Positions 26,486 to 38,599 of a stretch of 64,000 nucleotides of DNA are shown here, one piece after another. The notes under the pieces are model-generated. The model was not told the origin of the DNA. It saw only the letters and a list, made by a program, of their open reading frames with translations, and did no database searches. A program made the translations under genes and the position numbers. This DNA comes from Squalus acanthias (Eukaryota). The stretch spans positions 35,030,001-35,094,000 of the forward strand of contig CM059449.1 of NCBI GenBank assembly GCA_030390025.1, given 5' to 3'. Position 1 is the first letter of the stretch. Each line of letters opens with the position of its first letter.

Positions 26486-27572
26486 AAATTGGTTAATTTG
26501 TTAACTTCTGTAAGAACAACTGGAATTTTATCGAGGGAAAGTTACTAATGGAACTCTAAGTTTAATCACACGAGGTACAGAACATAACAGCCAAGAAGTA
26601 AATATGAGACTCTATAAAACCTTAAAACCGGAGTTAGAACACTGTGTGCAGTATAGAATTTCACGCGATAGGGGGGATATTGAGCTTCAGAGAAGCTACA
26701 AGGTGGATTCACTCGGAAGCTGCCCGATAGAAGGAAACACAAATACAAGGAAAGACTTGGAAAATGCGCATTTTTATTAGAAAAATGCATATTACGGGTG
26801 ATATAATACAAGTGTTTAAAATGATGGAAGGATGGCACAGGGTAGATAGAAGCATACTGTTTCCAGTAGTTGAGGGTCAAGAATGAGGGGTTATAGATAC
26901 TAGGTTAAATGTTAGAGATTTAGAACAGAGGGCAGGAAACGATTCTTTTCACAGTGCGTTGTGAGGCTGTGGAATCCACTTCTAGTGATAGATGTTGAGG
27001 CAGAAACTATCTCAACATTTAAGATTAGATTGAGAAGGTGGACAAAGGGAAATGGGGTTGATGGGATATGAGAACAGGATGGGTAAATGTGATTAGTAAT
27101 ATTTACTGTTGTGTAGAGTAAATGCCAATACGCATTGGTTCGGCCAAAGGATCTCTTTCCATGTTGTAGCTTCTACTTTATTCGATATGCATGTGCCCCA
27201 AGTGTAGTGAAATTAAAATCCAGTTCTTTATGCACAAATTTAGGGGGTGAAATTGGGCGATAACACAAAATAGCCACTAGTGAATCGGCTGCCATTTCAT
27301 TGAAGGCAATAGAAAAGCCCATGTGGTAGGTGTGTAACTGGCTGGTGATTCGCTATCGCCATTTGGCGCCATCGCCTGAGCCCAATTTCACCTCATTAAG
27401 TTTTGTAACAGGTGGCCCACACATGAAAACTTTCCCCATGGTAACACCATCAGCATCAACATGAATTTATGTTTGATTGATATGTTAAGACGGAAGCATA
27501 CGTGCTAATAACCTTTATTACCAATACCATCGTATTATTACAAGCGTTCTCTCTGAACATGTGTCTTTTCAG

Positions 27573-27861
27573 AACAAGGCAGACATTTCAAATACTTCCT
27601 TAAGCAGCACCACCAACTCCTGCAAATCAAAAAAAAACAGGTTTAAGAAAGGAGGTCAGCATCACAGTCCATGGAAAGGCTCATTTCCTCTGGAACGTTT
27701 TAAAGGCGAACCTGAACTCCTAGTGGTGAATGAAAGGGGGCTGACAGGACACAGATCCACACTAATTGTCTCAGTGACAATGCAAGTTTAATAACCTTCC
27801 TGATTCAGTATTGTAGCGAGTACTTTATCTTCCGACAGGCCACATTCACACTGCAGCCTGA
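27573..27861 (+). CDS. Possible cytoplasmic-tail exon(s) of the class I gene
   Basis: Acceptor TCTTTTCAG ends at 27572 and a Ser/Thr-rich frame DISNTSLSSTTNS follows; a second acceptor TTCCGACAG (27838) gives GHIHTAA*. Phase is unresolved. Confidence 0.35.
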
Positions 27862-28874
27862 GGATCCCTGAGGGATGGTTTGGCTTAACGCCAGATGTTT
27901 TAGTGTAAATCCAGACTCAGGACCCCACCTGACTACCAGGTGAAGTAGAGGGAGACTGCCTCCTCCAGAATATCCCTTCGCACCAAATCTAATGTTGTGA
28001 TGTAAATGGTTTCCGAGTGGCATTAAGATAGAAGGTGGAAATATACTCAGAAGATCAAAAAGCAGACTGGAACTCCCAGGTGTTAAACACCTTCCGTCAG
28101 TTTTCATTTCCCTGAGTGCCCCATTAAGGCAAATATTGTCCGTCCCTACTGTGGTCATTGCACTTTCATAGGGGCAGGACAGGGTGGAGAGTCATTGGGT
28201 GTCATTTTCAGATTAGGAGATAGTATAAAACAGGCGTCATCGGATCAGCGACCCGTTACACAACTCTCCCAACTTTCCTTCCCATTGATCTCAAGGAAAG
28301 GACAATCGGGAGAGGTGTATAACAGATACCCGACCCGATATCGTCCATTTTACATTAACGCCAACAATTAAAATGACCTCCATTGGGGTATAAATTTGTC
28401 TTGCGCGGTAGTTCAAATCGGGAGAGAGTGCCCTGACAGCAAAATGGGAGAGAGCCACTTGGTAGCAAATTGAGCGATAGCGACTTGGCAGCAAAACAGG
28501 AGAGAGCGACTTGGCAACTAAATGGGAGAAAGCAACTTGGAGGCAAATTGGGCGACAGCGACTTGGCAGCCGGGCAGTCCGGAGGCAAACAGGTCTCTCT
28601 GGTTTCATCGCCTGTGGAACTGACTGGAACCTGCACAACATTAACGGAACGATAAGGCTACCGGCCTCCAGGCGAAGGTAGTGAGAATCGACCGCTCTTT
28701 AGGCCCGCTACTCCTGTGCACTAAACTAACTGCCTCTGAGCTACCTATAAGGGGAAGAACCATGAAAAGAGAATGAACAAGTCACTTCATTCTCTGTACT
28801 GTGCTCTGCACCTTCATCTCGGGATTGTCTAACATATGGATTTCACTCCCTAGATTACAACGGTGTTTAACCAT

Positions 28875-29312
28875 GGGCAACACGGTGGCATAGTGGTTAG
28901 CACTGGTGCCTCACAGCGCCAGGGACCCGGGTTCGAATCTGACCTCGGGTGACTGTCTGTGTGGAGTTTGCACATTCTCCCCGTGTCTGCGTGGGTTTCC
29001 TCCGGGTGCTCCGGTTTCCTCCCACAGTCCAAAAATGTGTGGGTTAGGTTGATTTGGCTATGATAAATTGACCCTTAGTGTTAGGGGGGGATTAAATATG
29101 TGGGGTTATGGGGATAGGATGGGATATGTTAGGGGGAATTAAATACGTGGGGTTACGGGGGTAGGGTGGGATATGTGTACTGTGGGGATTAAAGCAGGGA
29201 CAGGGTACTGGATTTGGATGATCAGCCATGATCGTATTGAATGGTGGAGCAGGCTCGACGGGCCGAATGGCCTACTCCTGCTCCTAGATTCTATGTTTCT
29301 ATGTTTCTATGT
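28875..29312 (+). mobile_element. tRNA-derived V-SINE (HE1-type) with a CR1-derived 3' tail
   Basis: A-box TGGCATAGTGG, B-box GGTTCGAATC, V-domain core GTGTGGAGTTTGCACATTCTCCCCGTGTCTGCGTGGGTTTCCTCCGGGTGCTCCGGTTTCCTCCC, and tail GGGCCGAATGGCCTACTCCTGCTCCT(TTCTATG)n. Confidence 0.9.
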
Positions 29313-29389
29313 TAACCAGAACCTGAGAGGGTCAAACGCGAGTCTTGCATTGGATCCAAGAACACACTGAAATAATCATCGTGAATCCT

Positions 29390-30345
29390 AGGAACATATG
29401 AACATAGGAATTGGAGGAGGCCATTTAGCCCCTGGAGCCTGCTCCGCCATTCAATGAGTTCCTGGCTGATCTGTGACCTAACTCCATATACCCACCTTTG
29501 AGCCATATCTCTTAATACCTGTGGTTAACAGAAAGCTATCAAGCTACGATTTAATATTAACAATTACTCTTGCATGAATTGCCGTTTGCGGCACAGTGTT
29601 CCAAACTTCTACCAGCCTTTGTGTGTAGAAGTGTTTACTAATTTCACTGCTGAAAGATCTGGCTCTATTTTTTATATTATGCCCCCTAGTCCTAGAATTC
29701 CCAACCAGTGGAAATAGTTTTTCTCTATATACCCTATCTGTATCACTTAATACCTTGAAAACTTCGATCAGATCATCTGTTAACCTTCTAAATTCTAGGG
29801 AATACAAACCTAATTTGTGTAATCTCTCCTCGTAACTTAACCCTTGAAGTCCGGGTATCATTCTGGTAAACCTATACTGCACTCCCTGCAAGGCCAATAA
29901 GTGGTTCCTAAGGTGTGTGGCCCAGAACTGCTCACAATACTCCAGGTGTGGTCTAACTAGGGTTTTGTATAGCTGCAGCATAACTTCTACCCCTTGTATT
30001 TTAGCCCTCTAGGTATAAAGGCCAGCAGCCCATTAGCCTTTTAGATTATTGTCTGTAACTGTTGATGACATTTTAATGATCTACGTACCTGGACGCCAAA
30101 GTCTCTTTGGACCTCCACTGTTTGTAGCATTCACTATTTAGAAAGTACCCTGATCTACCCTTTTTAGGTCAAAAGTGAATGACCTCACATTTACCTACAA
30201 TAAAATCCATTTGCCACAGTTTTGCCCGTTCACTTAATCTGTCGATATCCCTTTGTAATTTTATGCTTCCATCTACAATGCATACAATTTCACCTATCTT
30301 TGTGTCGTCGGCAAATTTGGATATATGTCTTTCTATGTATTCATC
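29390..30345 (-). mobile_element. CR1 LINE 3' fragment
   Basis: ISKFADDTKIG, LYKTLVRPHLEYC, FYTQRLVEVWN, and the 3' tail. Confidence 0.88.
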
Positions 30346-31282
30346 TAAGTGCAATTGCTTTATTACTGAAACAACTCAATTTGCATAAACATTTCACCCC
30401 TGACTTATATTTCAGTCACTTTATCAAAATATTACTAACTTGTTTAACATTGAAGGAACATTGTCAAATCACATCTACAATTGCGCAAACTGGCGCTTTA
30501 GACATTACATAACGGCGGCACGGAATAAAGGCACGCCAGGGATTTTAAAACATGTTTTGTTATTATTTATACCTTCCTAATTAGTACTATTGACTCCAAC
30601 ATTGGCCTCAGGTAGACACTCTCCACTTGTGAGTAGAAACAGTGCCTGCAAACACTGTTCAATTACTGGAAACACAGCCGAGCCCCATCCTGTCCACACA
30701 CTCACATTTCACCAGCAGCATCGCCAACACAGTGGTCCGGAGCAAATCCCGAGGCCACTTCTCCCTCTGTAACTGAAGGGAGCGAAGCCAGTGTAATACT
30801 CTGCTGCTAACCCTGTGGTTATAATGGGAATGAGAATAAGACGGTTTCTATCACCAGTGGACAATCTGCAACATCGGTTTCAGGCCCCATGGCAAGATGA
30901 AAATCTTCGCCAGAGTCAAGTTGAAATTTACAATATCACACAACTAAAAAGGGAATTAGGAAACCTTTTGCAGGGAACTCTCTACTTAGGCGTGGAGCAA
31001 AATGGGGAGAATTGGATCGCCTGTTGTCTATAAACGCCATTGACCTCGCTCCCGCCAGAGGTGAAAATTCTATCGACCGGGGGTGAAATTCACCTTCAGC
31101 AGCGGCGCAAAACAGGCGGCAGCAGGTCGGCCGCTCATTACACACCCTCCCGACTTTCCTCTCCATTAAACTATACCGAAAATAACATCGTGTTGGGCGA
31201 ATAACAGGCGGCTGATCGGCTGCTGTCCGTGTTGAATAATTAAGATGGAAGCGAGTTTGAATTCTTTGTATTCAGATCTGGT

Positions 31283-34200
31283 GGGCTGGATTTTGATTCA
31301 GGGGCGGGCTGGTGCCGTGTAATCCGCATTTCGTGTTAGCCAACCGAATCTCAATCGATGTGGGATGTTGATGCGATTTTAACATAATAGGCCAATTGAG
31401 TTCCAACGTGTGGGAACCCATGGCCAGTGAGTTTTTCCAGTCTGAAAGTCGCTTGCGATGACGTCTTCATTGCTGCAGCATGTAACGTCTGCAACAAGCC
31501 TTGCTTCCTCTGCAGACTGCCAAGCTTCTGCCTTTGCATGTTAGAGGCACCTGCAGGATGAATGGCCAGCCAGAGACGTAGGTCTGCACCTCGATTTGAT
31601 GACGTCGCCCTGCAAGCTTTAATTGAGGGAGCCAGAGCTAATAAGGAGGTGCTGTCCCCTTCTTCAGGGAGGAAGAAGCCTTCCCATCAAACAAGGCTGT
31701 GTGGATCCAGGTGGCAGAGGAGGTCAGCTCATTGTCCATAACCCGCAGAACCTGGCTTCAGTGCAGGAAGAGGTTTCATGACCTGCTGCGCACTGGAAAA
31801 GTGAGTCTGAATTTCCCATCACCCTCATTCTGATCCCCATTGCCTCTCCTCACCAGCACTCAGCTTTGACAACCTCTTCCTCCACATTCCACTTGACACT
31901 GACGTCACTGCACCCTTACCCATTCCCTCTCTCTGTATGGTCACATTCACCTAACTATTCGACTATGCAGCCCTCACACTCCCTATCGCTGTGTTGCGAT
32001 GAAAACAACTTACAACACACAGGGAGGGCCCATGATCTTGCCACCTCACTCCGAATTTGTCTCCTTCTAACCATCAATGATATAGATTCTCTACACTCAC
32101 TCCTTCATTCTCACTCAAACTCCACTTGTCTCCCTCATTGCAGGAAAAGAAAGCTCACAATAAGAGGGAAAGCGCGAGGACAGGAGGAGGGCCACCCTCA
32201 GCAGCCAAGCTCATCCCCTGGGAGGAGGTGGTTCTGGAGATCATGGAAGTGGAGGAGCATGTGCAAGTGGGGGACGGACAGACGGGTGCATCACAGCAAG
32301 CTGGTGACAGAATAGTTCATCAACTGTCTCATTGACATTTCATGAGTCACTGATAAGGATTCTGATGCTCCAGCAGACTGACTTCTGATCATCTGCATTA
32401 TGCAATGTGCATGTAACCTTGGACTCACATCTCTGACACTTTCCTTTACTCCCCCCCAGGACCATCGCGAGCACCCATCCCCACCATCCAGGAGGAAGAG
32501 CATGAGCCTCACGACTCCTCAGAGCTTCAAACTCTGAGGTCGCCGCGTCAGCAGAATTCAGCGCACCCAGCACCAGCGCAGACACTCACATCTCGGAGGG
32601 AACATCGCGAGATAGAGTCGTGTTGTCACCTGGTGTATCACAGCTCACAAGTGAGCATCAGCAGGTAGTGGAGACAGGGACAGCAGTGGAGAGTCCTAGT
32701 CGGAGGGTGCAGGACTCTCCTAGCTCGGCTCAGCTGCTTGTCGACCTCTGCCTCTGGATCCATCCATAAGATCAGCGGTGCTGGAACTCCAGGAACAGAT
32801 ACAGGAGTCTTTGGCAGGTTTTGTCTCCAGGTCGCTGCGAGTGTGGAGCGAATGGAGGAGTCCATAGCATACATGAGCAGAGATTTTGTGGTGTCATTGG
32901 CGCATGAACGCATCACCACGGAAAGGATGGCAACCTCCGTGGAAAGGATGGCTACAGTAGAGGAGAGGATGGCTACGGCTATGGAGGAGATAAGTCGCCA
33001 GAGTGGAGAAAACATGGTCATTGTTCAGAATATACTGGCATCTCTTGAGGAGCGATGGTCATCTATTGAACACAGAAACCAGACCTTCATGGAAGTCCTT
33101 CTGAGTAGGACTTCCAATGCAGATACGGGTCCCCATGGCCCCTCTGATGTGCAGCAAGGTGCTCTCAATCTACTTGCCAGCGCTTAGGTGGGGCTGACCC
33201 ATGAGAGGGATGTTGGTGGCAGACAACAAGGAAGCGGGTGCTCCTCTCCAAGCGTTCACACGACCAAGCCACTGCAAAACCCTCGGTCAGAGCCCCACCA
33301 GAGTTATCACTCAATTGAGATCGGCGTCTCAATCCCTGCACAGCCGCAGGAGCAGCAGACTGTTGCCGAGCCCTCACAGGCTCGCAACTCCAGAGGACGC
33401 CCGCCAAAGGTGTCGAGGCAGGAGCAGCAAGAAAGTGACCAGGGGGCCTTCACATCTGCTGAAGCCACAGGGGAAGCAGCACGTAGGAGCACGCGTAAAA
33501 TAAAAATAATGCACAAGTAGTCACAATGGTAGTTACTTGTGTGTAATGTTGTGTTTAATCTTGAAATGCCAGCACTTACTTGGTGTGATTAAAAATTCTG
33601 CTGGAAAACTGCTGAAGCTGTGGCGTCTCTCATTTCGCAAATGGGACTTCCACATTGAGGGCTTAGGATGACTTGCAATTGTCAGTATGGTGGTCAGAGT
33701 GATAGGAATCCGCAGGTTCCTGGCCATTGTCGATGGTCTGATAAGAAGGTGTGAGGCAAAAGTGTTTGATTGTGCAGGCTAAGCAAATCTGGTGAAGTGC
33801 GTCCCTTGCATCTCAGGCAGCAATGTGGCCGCGCGCTGGCGCCTTCTGGCCTGTGCAGCTTCAGGTGGGCGAGGAGCAGCTTGGCACGCCTGTTGATGCT
33901 GCTGCTGCTGGTGGTGCTGTTGTTCATGGTTCTGCTGCTGCCACGGCTAGTCTTCGTCCGAATCTGATGTCCAGGAGGAAAGGAAATAAATGGTTCCCAT
34001 GCTTCTGGTATATGCCACAGTTGAGGAAGCGCTCAGTCAAGGTGGCGAGAGGGGTTTCCCAGGAGGTCACACTGGAGATGGGTGTCAGGCTCCAAACTTC
34101 CACAGCTGTGGTTATGCCAGATAAAAGTTCCCCCAGACCTCAGACAACAAAGTCCTGCCAACTGCAAATGATGGCTGATAAAATCACCTATTTCATGGTT

Positions 34201-34530
34201 GAGCTGCAGCTGATAGTCAGCAATCCAAATGTGCTACCGCCAGGTTTCACATTCGTGTTCAGCACAGGCGTGCTTCACGTGGAAAAATATTTAAAATCAC
34301 AAAGCCCTTTCAAAATGGCATTAAAGAGGCAATTTAGTGCTTGTTAAGGGCCTTATCGGCCTATCCCACCTCTTGGAGGCGGGACGGAGTCGGGACCAGC
34401 AGACACGATGTAATGAAAATTGCGTGGAGGCCGGATGGAGGCGGGCTTGTGCCCGCCCATCAGTTTTCGCAATTTAAACCCCCCACACGCCTCCAAACCC
34501 GCCTCCACGGGTCAATGAAAATTCTGCGCA
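31283..34530 (+). mobile_element. Internally deleted PIF/Harbinger DNA transposon retaining its Myb/SANT gene
   Basis: Diverged termini GGGCTGGATTTTGATT...AATGAAAATTCTGCGC; contains a spliced Myb/SANT ORF on +. A Q-rich remnant on - at ~33790-33970 may be the transposase N-terminus. No DDE core was seen. Confidence 0.65.
31562..33520 (+). pseudogene. Harbinger Myb/SANT-like DNA-binding protein (NAIF1/MSANTD-like), frameshifted; exons ~31562-31800, 32144-32303, 32460-33520
   Basis: RSAPRFDDVALQALIEG...WIQVAEEVSS.SITRRTWLQCRKRFHDL | EKKAHNKRESARTGGGPP; GT/AG sites at 31801 and 32143; frameshift at ~31695; C-terminal coiled-coil (VERMAT repeats). Confidence 0.8.
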
Positions 34531-34566
34531 GACTTTTCAATTATTTCCCTACCCTAATAATTAGAG

Positions 34567-34983
34567 GTCATGATGTGGAGATGCTGGCGTTGGACTGGGG
34601 TGGACAAAAATGAGAAGTCGCACAACACCAGGTTATAGTCCAACAGATTTATTTAATTTTACAAGCTTTCGAAGCAGTTCGCTCCTTCGTCAGGTAAGTT
34701 AGCAATGAGAGAATCTCCCAGAATTCACAATTTAAACCCAGACAAAATCTATTCACATTATTCGCTACAACAAAGAGCACAGCCAAGACAATGAGATGTG
34801 TCCCAGGGTGTCCAACGTGTCAAACCACCTGCTGGCTGCATATCCTGTCAATTTGTGTTCTTGTGTTAGCCTTTTTAAAAAAAAAACAAAAAAAAAAAAA
34901 CAAAAAAAACACCTGGGAAGACCGGCCATGATGTCAAGTCACGTTCTGTATCGTGACATGAACCCGATATCGCGATTGAGGCC
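34567..34983 (-). mobile_element. Solo Penelope pLTR (ORF end, 3' UTR, hammerhead, tail) with TSD AATAATTAGAG
   Basis: Same family as 46612-49820 (GLNRDIGFMSRY; GTTGGACTATAACCTGGTGTTGTGCGAC). The direct repeat is at 34556-34566 and 34984-34994. Confidence 0.88.
34659..34697 (-). ncRNA. Minimal type I hammerhead ribozyme motif (PLE)
   Basis: UUAC-CUGACGA-A-GGAGC GAACU GCUUC-GAAA-GCUU-GUAA. Confidence 0.75.
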
Positions 34984-35439
34984 AATAATTAGAGACAAGG
35001 GATATTTAAACAGATTATTTAACTCCTCTCTGAATTTAGTCTGGGACACTGCATAAATAATGGTATTTGTGCAGAAACTCAAATGTTGCAGCATATATCC
35101 AGTTTGTTCCATGATACTGAAAGGAATACTGTACTGTAATCTGTGTGCAAAGATTGAATAACAATAATTTACACATATATATATTGAATAAAACTTACCA
35201 TCCATAACAGGATAAAACTGCTGGATTTGGTCAGCAGTAAAACGATGGATTTCCTTCGTTTGTCCATTTCTGGCTCACTGTCGCTGCTCCGGAGACCCCT
35301 CCTGATTCTACTTGTCAGTAGAATTTGCCTGATGATCAGACCATTCAATATCAGAATCAAAAGAAAATGAATTAAAGGCATTAAAACTATGTCTATCCAT
35401 AAGAATGTGACCCATACAGGCAGAGTATAGAGGGTTGAT

Positions 35440-35840
35440 TTTTTTTAATCGTGTTATGGAATGTGGGCGTCGCTGGCAAGACCAGCATTTATTGCCCATC
35501 CCTAATTGCCCTGGAGAAGGTAGTGTTGAGACGCCTTCTTGAACCGCTACGATCCGTGTGGTGAAGGAACTCCCACATTGCTGTTAGGGAGGGAGTTCCA
35601 GGATTTTGACCCAGCGACGATGAAGGATCGGAGATATACTTCTAAGTCAGGATGGTGAGTGACTTGGAGGGGAACGTAGAGGTGGTGGTGTTCCCACCCG
35701 CCTGCTGCCCTTATCCTTCTAGGTGGAAGAGGTCGCGGGTTTGGGAGGTGCTGCCGAAGAAGCCATAGCGAGTTGCTGCAGTGCATCTTATAAATGGTAC
35801 ACACTGCAGCCACGGTACGGTGGTGGAGGGAGTGAATGTT
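35440..35840 (-). mobile_element. 3' end fragment of a non-LTR retrotransposon inserted in the GPCR pseudogene
   Basis: AAVCTIYKMHC...LRQHLPNPRPLPPRR...SFIVAGSKSWNSLP, a typical LINE ORF2 C-terminus. Confidence 0.7.
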
Positions 35841-37149
35841 TACGGTGGTTCACAGAACCACGGTATATTGTCAATTATTGCGCGTGATTGTAAACTAAAG
35901 TACATTAGGAAATTGTTCAAAATGCATAGCCCCCATATCGTTGCTACAACCACTGCCGCAGTTTTTTCGGTGTAATATTGGGTTCTTATTCTTTGGCAAC
36001 AAATGGCGACAAATCGATCAAAGGTGAAAGTGACAGTTAACCAGACAGCACATTCAGGAGAAGAAAAAATCAGGAAGAAATTCAGACTGCAGACCGGAGT
36101 GTACTTCATGAATGATTTCGCGAAATAACTTGCTTTCATCTCATACAGGACCCCGCCAAATATCAGGACCAGTAAGTAGATCGTCTGCTGCCATGGCTAC
36201 CAGATAATTAGTGATGCATTTGGAGAGGCCGCGCTTTCCAAGGGATAGAATCACAATGTCACCAAGTTGGCTGCAAGTGCGAGAATGGATAAATAAATCA
36301 CGATTATGGACATCAAAAGCAATCCGATCAAAAAAAAGTGTAATCATTAATGCGGATGTTCCCTTCACTCAAATCATTCACTCTCTTTGCCACCTAGACC
36401 TGGGAATCCTGAGGATGCCGAAATATTTATCCAACCACGCCACATCCTTCATTGCCTGTGTCGCCTCAAAGGAAAATACTGGCTCCAACATTGCGATCGG
36501 TGGCGGAGCTCGGAGTACAAACTTACCTTGTGGTAGGCCCAGAACGGAAACTTGCTTTCGGCGCAGCAGAGCTGTGCGCAGCGTATGACATCACAAAGGG
36601 CAGGTGAGCAACGTACAGCCTGTGCGTAAGGGAAGACACGCCCACAAAAGGTGTAAAGACTAAGCCACGCCCACATAAACTGCTTTCTGCCTCTCCCATT
36701 GAAATTACATCTTAAAAACTTTTAGAAACTTTTCTTTTACTTAAAATGCCACTTGGACTTGTTTCGTTTATCAGCATTTTGCTGTATTTCTTCATCCAAA
36801 CTCACAATTTAGTAGTCGCTATTTATACAGCTTCCTGTTCTGATACTCAGTAAAGATCTAACACTGGTATAAGTAATGTTGTTGAACTTCAGATAGAGAT
36901 TCCCAGCCATATATTCAATGTTAACTTTCAGGCTTAAAATATATTATTCAGACCTCATTTAGACTGTGAATAGATAAATCAATGTTCTTGTTATCGATGC
37001 ATTATATTGCTTGTTATGTTGTTCATGTTTTAGCTGAAAGGACAGAATTGTCACTGAAATCTGATAGATGATCACTTTATTTCAATTTCATATTCAATTT
37101 CCAATTAATTAAAATTAAACTCGACCGACAATATATACACACATATATC

Positions 37150-38599
37150 GGGCCGTATTTTGCGACACCCACGGGTGCGAACGAGGTGTGCGCGCGCCCG
37201 TAGGGGCAGCGCAAGTGCCGGATTTAGGCATGCGGGGCACATGCGCTAAAACCCGGCACTTGCGATGTGTCAAGAATCAGATTTTCCGCGTCCTTGGGAG
37301 ATGGGACTCTGCGGGTGGAGAGTCGCGCTATTTGCCCAACTTCCACCCGCTGAAAGGCCGTGGAATTCTTACGCCTGGTATAAGCATAAGAGTTTCAAAA
37401 AATAGAAAAATAAAATGTTATCGCTCACTTATACATTAAAAACCTTGTCCAATAAGGTAAGTTTATTTTTAGCCCCGTTAAAACATATAATTTCTTTAAA
37501 AAAAATACATTTTTGTTTAAAATATTTAATTATATGGCATTTTAATTAATTTTATGTAAGTATTTTTAAAAATGTATTTCCCGTGTTCGTGTATTTTTTA
37601 AGTCATCCCCATTTATACTTATGACAGTTCAGTACGTACCGAACTGTTAGAAGTATGAATGGGGATTCCCTTCTTTCATTGGTTGGGATGGCCCACATGA
37701 TCCCAGGGGCGCTTGCTAACCGCATGAGCCCCTGGGATACGTTGGCTTCTTCGCATCTCTACCAGGAGAGGCCCAGGATCACAAGCCTCCGTATCTCCTG
37801 GACATCCAGGTAAATGCGTAGAAAAGTTGATGATCGGATGCATCCCGCGCGAAGCCTCCGATCGCAAATTCAGGCCCAACGTCTTTTAAGATGTAAAACA
37901 GACTCCTGTGCCTGCTTTCATATTCCAGAATATTTTCAGATGTAATTGCTGGGCAGTTGGTGGGCAGTAACCGGAGGTCCCGATACTTCCGCTTTTGGGC
38001 CTCTCCTCTACGAAATGCTCAGTGGCCCAGGTATCCCTGGGGCGCATGCGGTTCGTTAGCGTCCCTGGGATCACGAGGGCCATGGCGAACCAATGAAAGA
38101 AGAGAATCCCCCTTCATATTTTTCATCGGTCTCTCCGCCGAGATCTGTCAAAGGTATGAATGGGGATCACCTTAAAAAACACAATAAACATTAAATACAT
38201 TTTTTTTAAATCACATATTTAAAATTAGGTAAAGTTACATTAAATTACATTTTTTGAAAAAAATAATGACATTTTCTACTGGGCTAAAAATAAACTTAAG
38301 TTTTTTAAATTATTTTTAACTTAAAAATGAATGTTTTTTTATTGTTTTACTTTATTAAACTCTTTCGCTGGTAAAAGCAGGTCTTCTGCAGGCGTAAGAT
38401 GTTTAAAGGTTTTCAGTGGGCGGAGGTTCTGCAGAAAGCGGATTTCTCTACCCGCAGAGGCCCTTCTCCAGGCCAGGCGCAGGATCTCCAAGAGAATTCT
38501 TAACAGATCGGAAGTGACGGTTTTCAGCGCATGCGCTTCGCATGCCTGAAACCGGCACTTGCCAGGCCCCTACGGGTGTGGGGCCGGAAAATACGGCCC
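37150..38599. mobile_element. Two related ~650-730 bp Harbinger-type MITEs in inverted orientation (37150-37877 on +, ~37950-38599 on -)
   Basis: Outer ends GGGCCGTATTTT / AAAATACGGCCC; shared internal GCAAGTGCCGG..GCATGCG..CATGCGCT.AAACC motif, AT-rich core and CCCAGGG motifs. Confidence 0.7.

Larger units (their letters stand above)
18302..28382. mobile_element. Dispersed ~140-220 bp hairpin MITEs in class I introns (approx. 18302-18481, 19975-20160, 21823-22041, 22674-22812, 27243-27393, 28198-28382)
   Basis: Shared GGGG(G)TAAATTT...AAATT(A/T)CCCC-type termini, TGTAAAATG.GCGATAT / ATATC.CCCATTTTACA arms and a central TTCCATTGA..TCAA palindrome. Coordinates are approximate. Confidence 0.6.
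34541..36270 (-). pseudogene. GPR139/142-like GPCR exon 2 pseudogene
   Basis: Homologous to 51511-52424 (GLSKCITNYLVAMA, VWLTVTFTFDRFVAICC, MEQTGYML, CTNTIIYAVSQTKFREEL). It has frameshifts, a LINE fragment at ~35440-35840 and a PLE insertion at 34567-34983. The original end SLIIRVGK* is at 34541. Confidence 0.9.

Noticed and set aside
28875-28950. tRNA gene
   Set aside because: The A and B boxes belong to the SINE head; there is no cloverleaf 3' end and the sequence continues into the V-domain.
36480-36680. Minus-strand AAG|GTAAGT donor with CACGCCCAC boxes as a replacement first exon for the GPCR pseudogene
   Set aside because: The flank (TTGCGATCGG) and the AAGGTAAGT motif recur in local MITEs, so this is more likely a MITE remnant; exon 2 is frameshifted anyway.
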